From Candidatus Marinacidobacterales bacterium (GTDB taxonomy: Bacteria > Acidobacteriota > Vicinamibacteria > Marinacidobacterales > SMYC01), in NCBI GenBank assembly GCA_965224085.1, contig CBDCYI010000005.1, positions 1,312,001-1,376,000 of the forward strand: a stretch of 64,000 nucleotides of DNA, in the 5' to 3' direction. The notes beneath the pieces were generated by a model. It had not been told where the DNA came from. It worked only from the letters and a program-made list of their open reading frames with translations, and ran no database searches. The first letter of the stretch is position 1, and each line of letters opens with the position of its first letter. This document shows, in pieces, positions 1 to 8,678 of the stretch. Made by a program: the position numbers and the translations under genes.

Positions 1-227
1 ATGTTGAGAAAGATCGTGAGGTCCAACCGGATGGCTACGTTGACGACGTCCTCAGTGTCCGGATGCTCGCTGGAATATTCCGCTACCGGAAGTTTGACGT
101 CGACGCCTTTTTGGAGCAGCGGGGTGATGACCATGAAGATGATGAGCAGCACCAGCATGACGTCCGCGAGCGGCGTCACGTTGATCTGGCTGTTAAGATT
201 GTCCTCCCGGCCTGTGCCCATTGCCAT
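1..227 (-). CDS. exbD: ExbD/TolR biopolymer transport protein (5' part; runs off window start)
   Basis: Manual translation MAMGTGREDNLNSQINVTPLADVMLVLLIIFMVITPLLQKGVDVKLP carries the INVTPxxDVMLVLLIIFM motif; AGGAG RBS at 236-240; lies downstream of exbB. Confidence 0.9.
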   Translation of the reverse strand, partial: MAMGTGREDNLNSQINVTPLADVMLVLLIIFMVITPLLQKGVDVKLPVAEYSSEHPDTEDVVNVAIRLDLTIFLN

Positions 228-276
228 AACTGTGTCTCCTTTACTGCGTCATTGTGCTCAATGCGACGACAGCAGT

Positions 277-954
277 TTAGCCGGCCGTCCTCTTGGCCAT
301 GTAGTCGATGAGCTCGGAGGCGCTGTTGTCCATCTCGACGGTGAAGCCTTCCACGCGCGCGATGAGATAGTTGAACGCCCACACGGCTGGGATCGCTACG
401 AAGAGACCGAAAGCCGTAGCGACGAGAGCCTCGGCGATTCCAGCCGAGACGGCGCCGATTCCACCGGAGCCCGTGAGAGCCATGCCGCGGAAAGCGTTGA
501 TAATGCCCGCAACCGTTCCGAAGAGGCCGACGAAAACAGCCGTCGCTCCCACCGTGGCGAGACCCGAAAGGCCCCTCTTGAGGTCGGTAAGATTGAGCGC
601 GGTGGCGCGCTCGATCGCGCGGTGAGCCGCTTCCATCATGTCGCCGCGGGATCCTTCACCACTCTCTTTCTGGTACTGGTACTCTTGAAGGCCAGCAAGA
701 AGAACTCTCGCCAAGTGGCTGTTCTTCACGTCCTTCCCGCTCGAAACCTTGATGGCTTCCTGGATCTTGCCGTCTTTCAACAGCTTGGCCACCTTCGGCG
801 CGTAGACTCTGGACTGCTTCTTCGCTTTGCGGAAGGTCATCCACCGCTCGATCATTACGCTCAAGGAATAAATGGACATGATCAACAACGTGAAGTTCAC
901 TCCCCTCGCGGTGAATCCCATGTGCTGCCAAATATCGATTAAGCTAAACGACAT
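277..954 (-). CDS. exbB: MotA/TolQ/ExbB proton channel protein
   Basis: LATVGATAVFVGLFGTVAGIINAF and GIAEALVATAFGLFVAIPA motifs; three hydrophobic segments. Confidence 0.92.
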   Translation of the reverse strand: MSFSLIDIWQHMGFTARGVNFTLLIMSIYSLSVMIERWMTFRKAKKQSRVYAPKVAKLLKDGKIQEAIKVSSGKDVKNSHLARVLLAGLQEYQYQKESGEGSRGDMMEAAHRAIERATALNLTDLKRGLSGLATVGATAVFVGLFGTVAGIINAFRGMALTGSGGIGAVSAGIAEALVATAFGLFVAIPAVWAFNYLIARVEGFTVEMDNSASELIDYMAKRTAG

Positions 955-1045
955 TATTTCCTCCTGTTTGCCTTAGGTGCTCTGAACTCACAACCGCCAC
1001 TCTGGTGGGGTACGAACTCGTCAAATGTAAAATAACCAAAAGAAA

Positions 1046-1786
1046 CTAACCCAATGTGAAATTAACCGTCACCGTCATCACGATCGGCACCGGTACGCCG
1101 TTCAACAACGTGGGCTCGTATTGCCAATTCCGGACGGCGTCGATGGCCGACTGATCCAGGAGCGGGATCGAGCGCAGAACGCGCACGTTCGTGACGTTTC
1201 CCGTAGGATCGATGATGGCTTCGAGGATGACGATACCCTGCACCCGCGCCTGTTTGGCGATATCGGGATATTTCGGGGCGACATCTTTGATCTTGTTCGG
1301 CGGACGGATGTCACCGCCCACGCGCACCGGCTCTTGCTTTACCGGCGGGGGAGGTGCGTCCGGCAGCCCGCCAACAATACCGCCGATGACGCCGCCCGGG
1401 ACGCCGCCTTCGACACCACCTGCGACACCGAAATCCATGCCCATGTCGTCCATCGAGATTTCGTCCGGGATCTCGACGGGCGCCACGAACTGCGGCGTCA
1501 CGGCGAGCACGGGACGCGGCGGTCTCGGCCGCGCTTTCGGCGGCGGCGGCGGTGGCGGCGGCGGCGGCGGCGGCGGCGGCTGGGCCATGAAACTCATGAT
1601 CCCTTGCGGTGTCGGCATATTATCGGTCGCCATCAAAGGAATGATGACCATACCTGCCACGATTCCGCCCTGAAAGAGCAGAGACGTCATAAAGGTCGCG
1701 AAAGACCTGCCCGTGGTAGTCGTGTTGGGCGTAAGCGCGAACATCTCTTTCTTGGGTACATCCGTTTCTTTAACGTTGTTGGCCAC
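1046..1786 (-). CDS. tonB: Energy transducer TonB
   Basis: N-terminal TM anchor, poly-Pro linker, GGVEGGVPGG repeat, C-terminal PKYP..A..ARVQG.V..W.YEP domain; RBS AAAGGAG upstream of GTG. Confidence 0.92.
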   Translation of the reverse strand: MANNVKETDVPKKEMFALTPNTTTTGRSFATFMTSLLFQGGIVAGMVIIPLMATDNMPTPQGIMSFMAQPPPPPPPPPPPPPPKARPRPPRPVLAVTPQFVAPVEIPDEISMDDMGMDFGVAGGVEGGVPGGVIGGIVGGLPDAPPPPVKQEPVRVGGDIRPPNKIKDVAPKYPDIAKQARVQGIVILEAIIDPTGNVTNVRVLRSIPLLDQSAIDAVRNWQYEPTLLNGVPVPIVMTVTVNFTLG

Positions 1787-2113
1787 GGCGTTCGGCGCTC
1801 CTTTCGGGAGATTTATGAACGACTCTGACTAATAAGTTCGCTCTAATCCGTATCGCTTTATCACCAAGCGGGATATGAGGGAGATCCCATCTCGGCTTGT
1901 TTAGGCCTTAGACACCAGGATTCCGACAAAGGTTCCCGTCCACTCGAGAAATCTATGGGAGCGAAGAATCGTAGGCACGGTGCCTCTAAATACACACACG
2001 ACGAAGTTAGAGGGACCCGTCGAGTGGTGTATGAGATATATGGAGCGTATTCCATTTGTTCGAGTAAATCTACGACGGGTGCTTGAAGGACCCCCGTCCA
2101 ATTCGAGCGGGCT

Positions 2114-2142
2114 ATATTAATTCGCGATTCGCAGCGTGTCAA
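2114..2142 (-). promoter_or_regulatory. Putative sigma70 promoter for tonB-exbB-exbD
   Basis: Minus strand TTGACA-N17-TAATAT. Confidence 0.65.
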
Positions 2143-2143
2143 C

Positions 2144-2271
2144 CCTCCTTCGCCCTCTCCGCCGTCGCCCTTCGGGCGAGGCGAATAGGGCTACGGCGGG
2201 GCAAGACCACCGTCGGCCTGCGGGGGCCTTGGCTCGCCGGAGCTAAATTGAAATAGATTTAGCGAAGGCGG
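2144..2271. repeat. Inverted pair of REP-like hairpin repeats
   Basis: CCTCCTTCGC-[hairpin]-GCTACGGCGGGGCAAG (2144-2205, +) and CCGCCTTCGC-[hairpin]-GCTCCGGCGAGCCAAG (2228-2271, -); related copy at 55801-55829. Confidence 0.65.
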
Positions 2272-2274
2272 CGA

Positions 2275-3078
2275 CTAGTGCAAATTGAAACGGACGACGA
2301 GGTCCGCTAGGCACTTTATGGGACGTCCGTTCTTGGTCGCCGGCGAGAAGCGCCAGCTGGACTCGACGACGCGGACGGCTTGCTCATCGAGCTCGGGAAT
2401 CGAGGTTAGAATCTTCACCACGTGGACGAGGCCTTGCTCGTCGATGATCACCCGCAGCTTTACGGAGCCCGTGACTTTCTCGCGAATCGCCTCCTCCGTG
2501 TAGCGAGGTAGAGGCCTCCGGATCGGGCGGGGGCCCACGTCGGGCTTCGGAAATCGTGGGAGCTCGGCGCCCGTGCCGCCGAGCACGCCACCGGGCAAAC
2601 CGCCCGGTACGCCGCCGATGACGCCCATGGGCACGCCGCCGCGCAAGCCGCTCTGGTCGCCGTCGTCGAAGCCATCCTCGACGCCTGGGCCAAGCTCGAA
2701 CGCCGGACCCAATATCGCATCGGGGATCGCCGCAAAAACCATCTTGCTGTCGAAGACAGGGCTCGCGGCGATAACGGGTCGCGGCTCCGCCTCGGATGCA
2801 CGTGTGGCCTCCGAGGATCCCCTCCGGATGGGCGGTGGCGGCGGTGGCGCGAACTGCAAGATCGCTGCGGGCAGAGGCGGTGACAAATCGATTTCGGCGG
2901 AGAGAAGCGAGAGGATGGCGAGCGCGCCAATCGCAGCCGCGTGAATGGCAAAGCCGAGGGACGCACTCAACCGATGGCGAACACCAGCGTGATGACAGCC
3001 GGCAGCAAGAGCAAACAGATCCGCCGCCTGCTCCTCCTCCCGATCGCGTGAGAGCCCCTCGTCCACGATGCTCGCCAT
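2275..3078 (-). CDS. Second TonB-family protein
   Basis: TM segment with His, PPPPP, GGVPGG repeats, PRYTEEA..KVTG.V..WRFSPA C-terminal domain. Confidence 0.85.
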   Translation of the reverse strand: MASIVDEGLSRDREEEQAADLFALAAGCHHAGVRHRLSASLGFAIHAAAIGALAILSLLSAEIDLSPPLPAAILQFAPPPPPPIRRGSSEATRASEAEPRPVIAASPVFDSKMVFAAIPDAILGPAFELGPGVEDGFDDGDQSGLRGGVPMGVIGGVPGGLPGGVLGGTGAELPRFPKPDVGPRPIRRPLPRYTEEAIREKVTGSVKLRVIIDEQGLVHVVKILTSIPELDEQAVRVVESSWRFSPATKNGRPIKCLADLVVRFNLH

Positions 3079-3167
3079 CGCAAAATAACCCCTGAACCCA
3101 TTCTACAACGGGAGCCGCGGACCTAATGTTCCTGAATCTCGCCGATGCCGCGAGGAGCGGCGCTGAA

Positions 3168-4118
3168 CTAGACTCGCGCTTCCGTTGTCTTCGGCTTGGC
3201 GCGGCTTCGGCTCCGCCCTTTCCCTGCCGCGCGCCACCACAGCACGATCGGTGCGGCGATCGCGATCGACGAATACGTGCCGATGATGACGCCTGCCACC
3301 AGCACAAAGGAGAACGGTCTCAAGACCGCGCCGCCCATGACGAATAGAGCAATCACGACGACGAGCGTGAGGCCCGACGTCAGTACCGTCCGACGCAAGG
3401 TCTGATTGATCGAGAGGTTGATGATCTCTTCGAGAGAGCTCCGGCGAACGAGCTTCCGGTTCTCGCGCACGCGATCGAAGATTACGATCGTGTCGTTGAC
3501 GGAGTAGCCCACTAGTGTCAAAAAGGCGGCGATGACGTAGAGCGTGATCTCGAGATTGAAGATCGAAACGAGCGCGAGCGTTAGCACCACGTCATGGATG
3601 ACCGCGACCGTCGCGCCGACGCCGTACACGAACTCGAAACGGAACGCGATGTAAAGGAGCATGGCCACGAGCGCAAAGAGCGTGGCATTACGCGCCTGGC
3701 GTCGAAGCTCCTCACCGACCACTGGGCCCACGATCTCGGTGCTCGAGTCCGCCAACCTATTGTTCGGGACGCTTTCGAGCGTTGCGAGGATCGTGTTGGC
3801 GGCCGTGTCGAGCTCGACGCGGTCACCGGCCTGCCGCCCGACGCGGATCATGACGGTGTTGAGCTCCTCGCGTCCGTAGCGTTGGATCACCGAGCCTTCG
3901 ATGCCTGCGCCGCGGAGCTCAGTTCGAATCACGTCGACTTCGGGTCTGTTCTCGAATTTGACGTAAACGATCGTTCCTTCGGAGAAGTCGATCCCATAGC
4001 TCAAGCCCCCTTTGCGGGCGACGTCGAGCCCTCCGAGGATGGTAACGATCAGAGAGAAGCCAATGAAGTACCATCGGTACTTCAGCCAATCGATTTTAGT
4101 GTCGCCAATGAAATCCAT
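3168..4118 (-). CDS. secF: Protein translocase subunit SecF
   Basis: GIDFSEG, VGPVVG, GYSVNDTIVIFDRVREN motifs. Confidence 0.97.
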   Translation of the reverse strand: MDFIGDTKIDWLKYRWYFIGFSLIVTILGGLDVARKGGLSYGIDFSEGTIVYVKFENRPEVDVIRTELRGAGIEGSVIQRYGREELNTVMIRVGRQAGDRVELDTAANTILATLESVPNNRLADSSTEIVGPVVGEELRRQARNATLFALVAMLLYIAFRFEFVYGVGATVAVIHDVVLTLALVSIFNLEITLYVIAAFLTLVGYSVNDTIVIFDRVRENRKLVRRSSLEEIINLSINQTLRRTVLTSGLTLVVVIALFVMGGAVLRPFSFVLVAGVIIGTYSSIAIAAPIVLWWRAAGKGRSRSRAKPKTTEARV

Positions 4119-4130
4119 CTTGCTCTCGCT

Positions 4131-5672
4131 CTAGATGCTCAGCGCTTCGACTTGCCGCCGCCCGCCGAGGACCGCGTCGAAAATGAAGCGTGAGACGAAA
4201 ATGGCCGTGAACATGTTGGAGAGAAGTCCAATGCTGAGTGTCACGGCGAATCCTTGAACCGGGCCCGTGCCGAACTGGAAGAGGATCGCCGCCGCGACGA
4301 GACTCGTGAAGTTGGCGTCGAAGATCGTCCAGAAGGCCTTGCCGAAGCCCGCGGAGATAGCCGTGCGCGGTGTCTTTCCGGCCCGCATTTCCTCTTTGAT
4401 GCGCTCGAAGATGAGCACATTGGCATCCACCCCCATTCCAATGGTCAAGATGACCCCCGCGATACCGGGCAACGTGAGAGTTGCCGAGAAATAAGCCAGG
4501 GCCCCGACTAGGATGAGTAGATTCAGGAGGAGGGCGACCACCGCGTTCACGCCGGAGAGGCGGTAATAGAGCAGAATGAATAGCACGACGCTCGCGAGCC
4601 CCACGACCGAGGCCGTGATACCGCTCCGGATAGAATCGGCGCCGAGGCTCGGGCCGACGGTGCGCTCTTCCTGATATTCGAGCGATGCGGGGAGCGCGCC
4701 GGAGCGCAGCTTCAACGCGAGATCGTAGGCGGAGTCTGTCGTGAAGTTCCCCGTGATTTGCCCGCGGTCATAGATGACCCCTTCGATGGTGGGCGCCGAG
4801 ATGACGGTGCCGTCGAGCACGATGGCGAGAGGGCGGCCGAGATTCTCCCGCGTCGCCGTCTGGAAGCGCCCGGCCGCCTCCGGCTTGAGCGTGAAGTTGA
4901 TGTCGGGTCGATTCGTTTGGGTGTCGAGGCCCGAGCTCGCGTTCTTCAAATCTCGGCCGGTGATGATAGAAGTGCGCTCCAGAAGGTAGTACGTTTTGTT
5001 GCCGGCTTCATCGGCCTCGCCGGGCAGGATCTCGGTTCCCGGCGGTTGCGGCTGAAACTGGTCCTCGGAGAGCCCCGTGGAACGCGCGATCTTCAGCTCG
5101 AGCTTGGCCGTTGATTTGATGACATCCTTCGCACGGGCCACGTCGTCGAAACCTGGGAGCTGCACGAGAATCTGGCTCCCGCGATCGCCATGGGGCGCGA
5201 TGACGGGCTCGGCGACGCCGAGTGCATCGACGCGTCGCCGGATCGTCTCGATGGCCTGGGTGACCGTGTCTTGCTGGAGGACGGCCAACTCGGCGGAACG
5301 CATTTCGAGCTCAAAGCCCGAAGAGCCCCCCAAGCTGCGCACGTCCCACGCCGGATAGCCGTTTTCGGTTAGCCTACGGAACTCGCTACTTTTATTAGTA
5401 TCGAGACCCGACACGACCAGTTTGCCGGGCTCCACAATCTCGATAGTGCCAAAGGCTATGCTCTCGTCATCGAGCACTTGTTCCAGGATGCCTACGAGCT
5501 CGTCCGTGACCGCGTTCAAGGCGTCGATCGTATTCACCCTCATTATGAGGTGGATGCCGCCTTTGAGATCGAGGCCGAGCTTGATCTTCTCTTCCGGTGG
5601 GTAGAAAGCCCAGGTGCATCCCGCCACGACGACGAGGATGAGCACGGCCTTCCAACGCAAGTTCTTCTTCAT
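4131..5672 (-). CDS. secD: Protein translocase subunit SecD
   Basis: LGLDLKGG, VGPSLG, GMGVDANVLIFERIKEE motifs. Confidence 0.97.
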   Translation of the reverse strand: MKKNLRWKAVLILVVVAGCTWAFYPPEEKIKLGLDLKGGIHLIMRVNTIDALNAVTDELVGILEQVLDDESIAFGTIEIVEPGKLVVSGLDTNKSSEFRRLTENGYPAWDVRSLGGSSGFELEMRSAELAVLQQDTVTQAIETIRRRVDALGVAEPVIAPHGDRGSQILVQLPGFDDVARAKDVIKSTAKLELKIARSTGLSEDQFQPQPPGTEILPGEADEAGNKTYYLLERTSIITGRDLKNASSGLDTQTNRPDINFTLKPEAAGRFQTATRENLGRPLAIVLDGTVISAPTIEGVIYDRGQITGNFTTDSAYDLALKLRSGALPASLEYQEERTVGPSLGADSIRSGITASVVGLASVVLFILLYYRLSGVNAVVALLLNLLILVGALAYFSATLTLPGIAGVILTIGMGVDANVLIFERIKEEMRAGKTPRTAISAGFGKAFWTIFDANFTSLVAAAILFQFGTGPVQGFAVTLSIGLLSNMFTAIFVSRFIFDAVLGGRRQVEALSI

Positions 5673-5740
5673 GGGATCTCGACTCCAAATGTTGCGTTTC
5701 GTTCTTGGCGCTCTTGGTGGCGAAGCGAAGCGATTCGACG

Positions 5741-6088
5741 TCAGGAACGCTTCGATGGCTCCTCGACGAGTTGGGTGACGGCCGACTTCGCGACTTGAAC
5801 TTTCACGCTGTCGGCCACCCTCAAGTGGATGAGATCGTCGTGCACACTGACGACGGTCCCGTAGATGCCGCCGGTCGTCAAGACACGGTCGCCATTCTTC
5901 AACTCTTCCCTCATCGTCTCCGTTTCCTGCTGGCTTTTGCGCATGGGCCTAATCATGATCAAGTAAAACAAGCCGAAGATGATGAGGATCAGTATGAACT
6001 GGTTACCGAAGAACGAACCGGGAGCCTGCCATGGTACGAACCAAGGGCTGAACATCCATGTAATGATAGTGCACTGATTTTCGGGCAT
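5741..6088 (-). CDS. yajC: Preprotein translocase subunit YajC (start 6088 or 6055)
   Basis: FYLIMIRP...LKNGDRVLTTGGIYGTV; between tgt and secD; ATG overlaps tgt stop (TGATG); the ORF-track call is over-extended. Confidence 0.93.
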   Translation of the reverse strand: MPENQCTIITWMFSPWFVPWQAPGSFFGNQFILILIIFGLFYLIMIRPMRKSQQETETMREELKNGDRVLTTGGIYGTVVSVHDDLIHLRVADSVKVQVAKSAVTQLVEEPSKRS

Positions 6089-7215
6089 CAAGCCGAAGGC
6101 GCGTCCAATCGTTCGGAAAGCTCTTTTCGGAGCGTTTCGAAACGATCTTCTTCGATGGCGCGGCGCATGCGCCGCATGAGCTCCAAGTAGAAATGGAGAT
6201 TGTGGATGGTGTTGAGCGTCCGCGCCGTCATTTCTTTGGAGACGAACAGGTGTCGCAAATAGGCCCGGGAAAAGGTCCCGCAAGTGTAGCAGGAGCAGTC
6301 CGAATCGAGCGGCCCGTGGTCGTCGGTGTAGCGGGCGTTCTTGATCGCGAGCTTCCCAGTGCTCGTGAAGAGCGTTCCATTGCGGGCGTTTCGCGTGGGC
6401 AGCACACAATCGAACAAGTCCACACCGCGGGCGACGGATTCGATCAGGTCGCCCGGCGTTCCCGCACCCATAAGGTAACGCGGGCGATCCGCGGGCAGCT
6501 CTGCAGTCGACATCTCGGTCATCGCGCGCGTCAACTCCTTGGGCTCGCCCACCGCGAGGCCCCCGATCCCGTAACCGGGAAAGTCGAGCTCGGCGAGCTC
6601 CTTCGCGTGGTCGCGCCGAATGTTCTCGAAGACGCCGCCTTGAACGATGCCGAAAAGCGCTTGCTCTTCGCGGGACTTCGCTTTCAGGCACCGGCGTGCC
6701 CAGGCGCTCGTTCGTTCAGTGGCCTTGTGCACAGTGTCTTGCTCCGACGGATAGAGGAGGCACTCATCGAGAACCATCGCGATGTCCGCGCCCAGCTTTT
6801 CCTGGATCTCGACGGCTTTCTCGGGGCTGAGCGCGTGCAAGCTTCCGTCCAGGTGCGAGCGGAAGGTCACGCCTTCGTCATCGACGCGTCTGAGCGCGGC
6901 TAGGCTTGCGATTTGGAACCCGCCGCTATCCGTGAGAATGGGCTTCCGCCACGCCATCATCCCGTGAAGGCCGCCCAGCGAAACGACTCTCTCGGCACCG
7001 GGACGCAGCATCAAGTGATAAGTGTTCGAGAGAACGATTTGGGTGCCGAGCTCCTCCACTTGTTTCTGTGTGAGCGTCTTCACCGAGCCCTGTGTCGCCA
7101 CGGGCATGAACGCAGGCGTCTCGACCATCCCGTGCGGTGTCCTCAGGACGCCGCGCCGTGCCGCGACGGACCGAGCCCGAACCGAGAACGAAAACGACGA
7201 ATCGGATTGCGTCAT
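6088..7215 (-). CDS. tgt: Queuine tRNA-ribosyltransferase
   Basis: TPAFMPV, NTYHL, TDSGGFQ, DCVLPTRNAR, CxCxxC...H zinc site. Confidence 0.98.
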   Translation of the reverse strand: MTQSDSSFSFSVRARSVAARRGVLRTPHGMVETPAFMPVATQGSVKTLTQKQVEELGTQIVLSNTYHLMLRPGAERVVSLGGLHGMMAWRKPILTDSGGFQIASLAALRRVDDEGVTFRSHLDGSLHALSPEKAVEIQEKLGADIAMVLDECLLYPSEQDTVHKATERTSAWARRCLKAKSREEQALFGIVQGGVFENIRRDHAKELAELDFPGYGIGGLAVGEPKELTRAMTEMSTAELPADRPRYLMGAGTPGDLIESVARGVDLFDCVLPTRNARNGTLFTSTGKLAIKNARYTDDHGPLDSDCSCYTCGTFSRAYLRHLFVSKEMTARTLNTIHNLHFYLELMRRMRRAIEEDRFETLRKELSERLDAPSA

Positions 7216-7349
7216 GCTCTTGCTTTATTGTCTCTCAGAAAAACGCCGAGTCGCTCTTGGCATACGTTGTGACTTGCTTTACGAAGTATGGCTCCCTGCT
7301 AACATCTTCAATCCAAAAGCCTCGAGGTTGACGTCGAACGAATTAGGCC

Positions 7350-7378
7350 TTGACAGGCCATATAGCCTTCTTTATGCT
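7350..7378 (+). promoter_or_regulatory. Near-consensus sigma70 promoter
   Basis: TTGACA (7350-7355)-N17-TATGCT (7373-7378). Confidence 0.75.
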
Positions 7379-7420
7379 ACATCTAGTATGCCAAGGGCAG
7401 ACTCAAACGATTTCTAGTGT
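7374..7420. promoter_or_regulatory. Tandem NrdR-box-like operators
   Basis: ATGCTACATCTAGTAT (7374-7389) and AAACGATTTCTAGTGT (7405-7420) match acaCwAtATaTwGtgt at 11/16 and 12/16; starts 31 bp apart; box 1 overlaps the -10/+1. Confidence 0.55.
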
Positions 7421-7596
7421 TGTGGCTCTTCGAAGCAAACAGCGTTCTTTGGACCTCGCGTCCAGAGAAGAAACTGTTTGAGTTTCTTGGCGTGCGAGCG
7501 GAAGTTCGAGATGTCATTTAGTAAAATTTCGATGTTGCAACCAAGTGACGTGTTCGGACCCCTTCGCTCTATCCCCTAAGGAGAGGAGGCGATTGT

Positions 7597-7671
7597 ATGG
7601 CAAAGAAAAAAGCTGCAAAGAAAAAGGCTAAGAAAAAAGCCACCAAAAAGAAAGCTGCAAAGAAGAAATAG
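7597..7671 (+). CDS. 24-aa Lys/Ala-rich small basic protein (histone H1-tail-like)
   Basis: MAKKKAAKKKAKKKATKKKAAKKK*; RBS GGAGAGGAGG 7 nt upstream; own promoter and terminator. Confidence 0.85.
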   Translation: MAKKKAAKKKAKKKATKKKAAKKK

Positions 7672-7696
7672 CGACTTCCTCAGGGGTATCGAGAGC

Positions 7697-7725
7697 GGGG
7701 GTGAGTCCTTCACCCCCTTTTTTTT
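7697..7725 (+). terminator. Rho-independent terminator
   Basis: GGGGGTGA-gtcct-TCACCCCC followed by T8. Confidence 0.9.
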
Positions 7726-7742
7726 CAGCGTCAGAATTAGCA

Positions 7743-8678
7743 TTAACGATCTGCTTTTTTCGATGACACTCTCTCCAATTTGGAGTCGCACCCAAGTTTA
7801 GAGAGCTTCATCACCTGGAGTGAGTCCTGAATGCCTGATCGCAGAACGTAACGTCGGATCGCCCGAGCTACTCCCGCTTCGTCGTTGGTTTCGGTTTCTT
7901 CGAAGCCGCGCTCGCGAAGCTCTTGGGTGGCGTTTTGCATTACCACACCCATCCCGGCGTGCTCCAGCATATCTAGATCGTTCCAGTTGTCTCCGATGGC
8001 GAGCGTTTCAGACAACGGTATTCTCAAACGTTCGCTCACGAAACGAAGCGCCGCGGACTTCGTCGCTTCGGCTGCCAGGACATCGAGCAGAGCGAGGTCG
8101 TCAACTGGATATTCTGTGCGCGCCAGACTTACTTCGTTTCGTCGGGCGCCGAGCTCCGTATTCAGCAAAGTCGCGAAGCTACGGATGACCGAGACGCTGT
8201 TCGCGAAGCCGATCTGGACCGGGTCGCGCTCGAGTCGTATGACGTCGGTCCAAGCAGGTGGGGGAGTCGATCGAGTCAGATAGCGCAAGAGGTGCGGGAG
8301 CTCGCGCGCGCTTTTCCTTAGAATGAGATGGCCCTCTGCGTTGGGGCCATCATGCACGACGACTTCCATCGCGCTGCGCTCCGCGATATCGAGCACCTGC
8401 TCGGCGACGGGGCGCGCGAGGAGACGCCGCCTCAAAATGGGGCCGTCGATCCCTTCCATTATGATGGCGCCGCTATTTGCGACGACGAACGCGTCGAGGT
8501 CGAGCGCCCGCAAGTAGGGAAGGACAGAAGGAAAGCGGCGGCCAGTGACGATGGCGATGGCGACGCCTGCCGAGGCGCACTCCGCGAGGGCGCGGTGATT
8601 CTCAGCGGGGATCTCGTGAGACGAGCTCAGCAGGGTACCGTCGAGGTCGACGGCGACGAGACGATAATTACCGCTCAC
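7743..8678 (-). CDS. Cof-type HAD-IIB family hydrolase
   Basis: AVDLDGTLL, IVTGRR, K..AL, AIGDNWNDLDML motifs; likely GTG start at 8678 overlapping the upstream gene. Confidence 0.92.
   Translation of the reverse strand: MSGNYRLVAVDLDGTLLSSSHEIPAENHRALAECASAGVAIAIVTGRRFPSVLPYLRALDLDAFVVANSGAIIMEGIDGPILRRRLLARPVAEQVLDIAERSAMEVVVHDGPNAEGHLILRKSARELPHLLRYLTRSTPPPAWTDVIRLERDPVQIGFANSVSVIRSFATLLNTELGARRNEVSLARTEYPVDDLALLDVLAAEATKSAALRFVSERLRIPLSETLAIGDNWNDLDMLEHAGMGVVMQNATQELRERGFEETETNDEAGVARAIRRYVLRSGIQDSLQVMKLSKLGCDSKLERVSSKKADR

Noticed and set aside
1541-1582. (GGC)n trinucleotide run
   Set aside because: Encodes the ordinary poly-Pro linker of TonB
7597-7725. Lysine attenuator leader peptide
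   Set aside because: No same-strand gene follows the terminator and no antiterminator is evident
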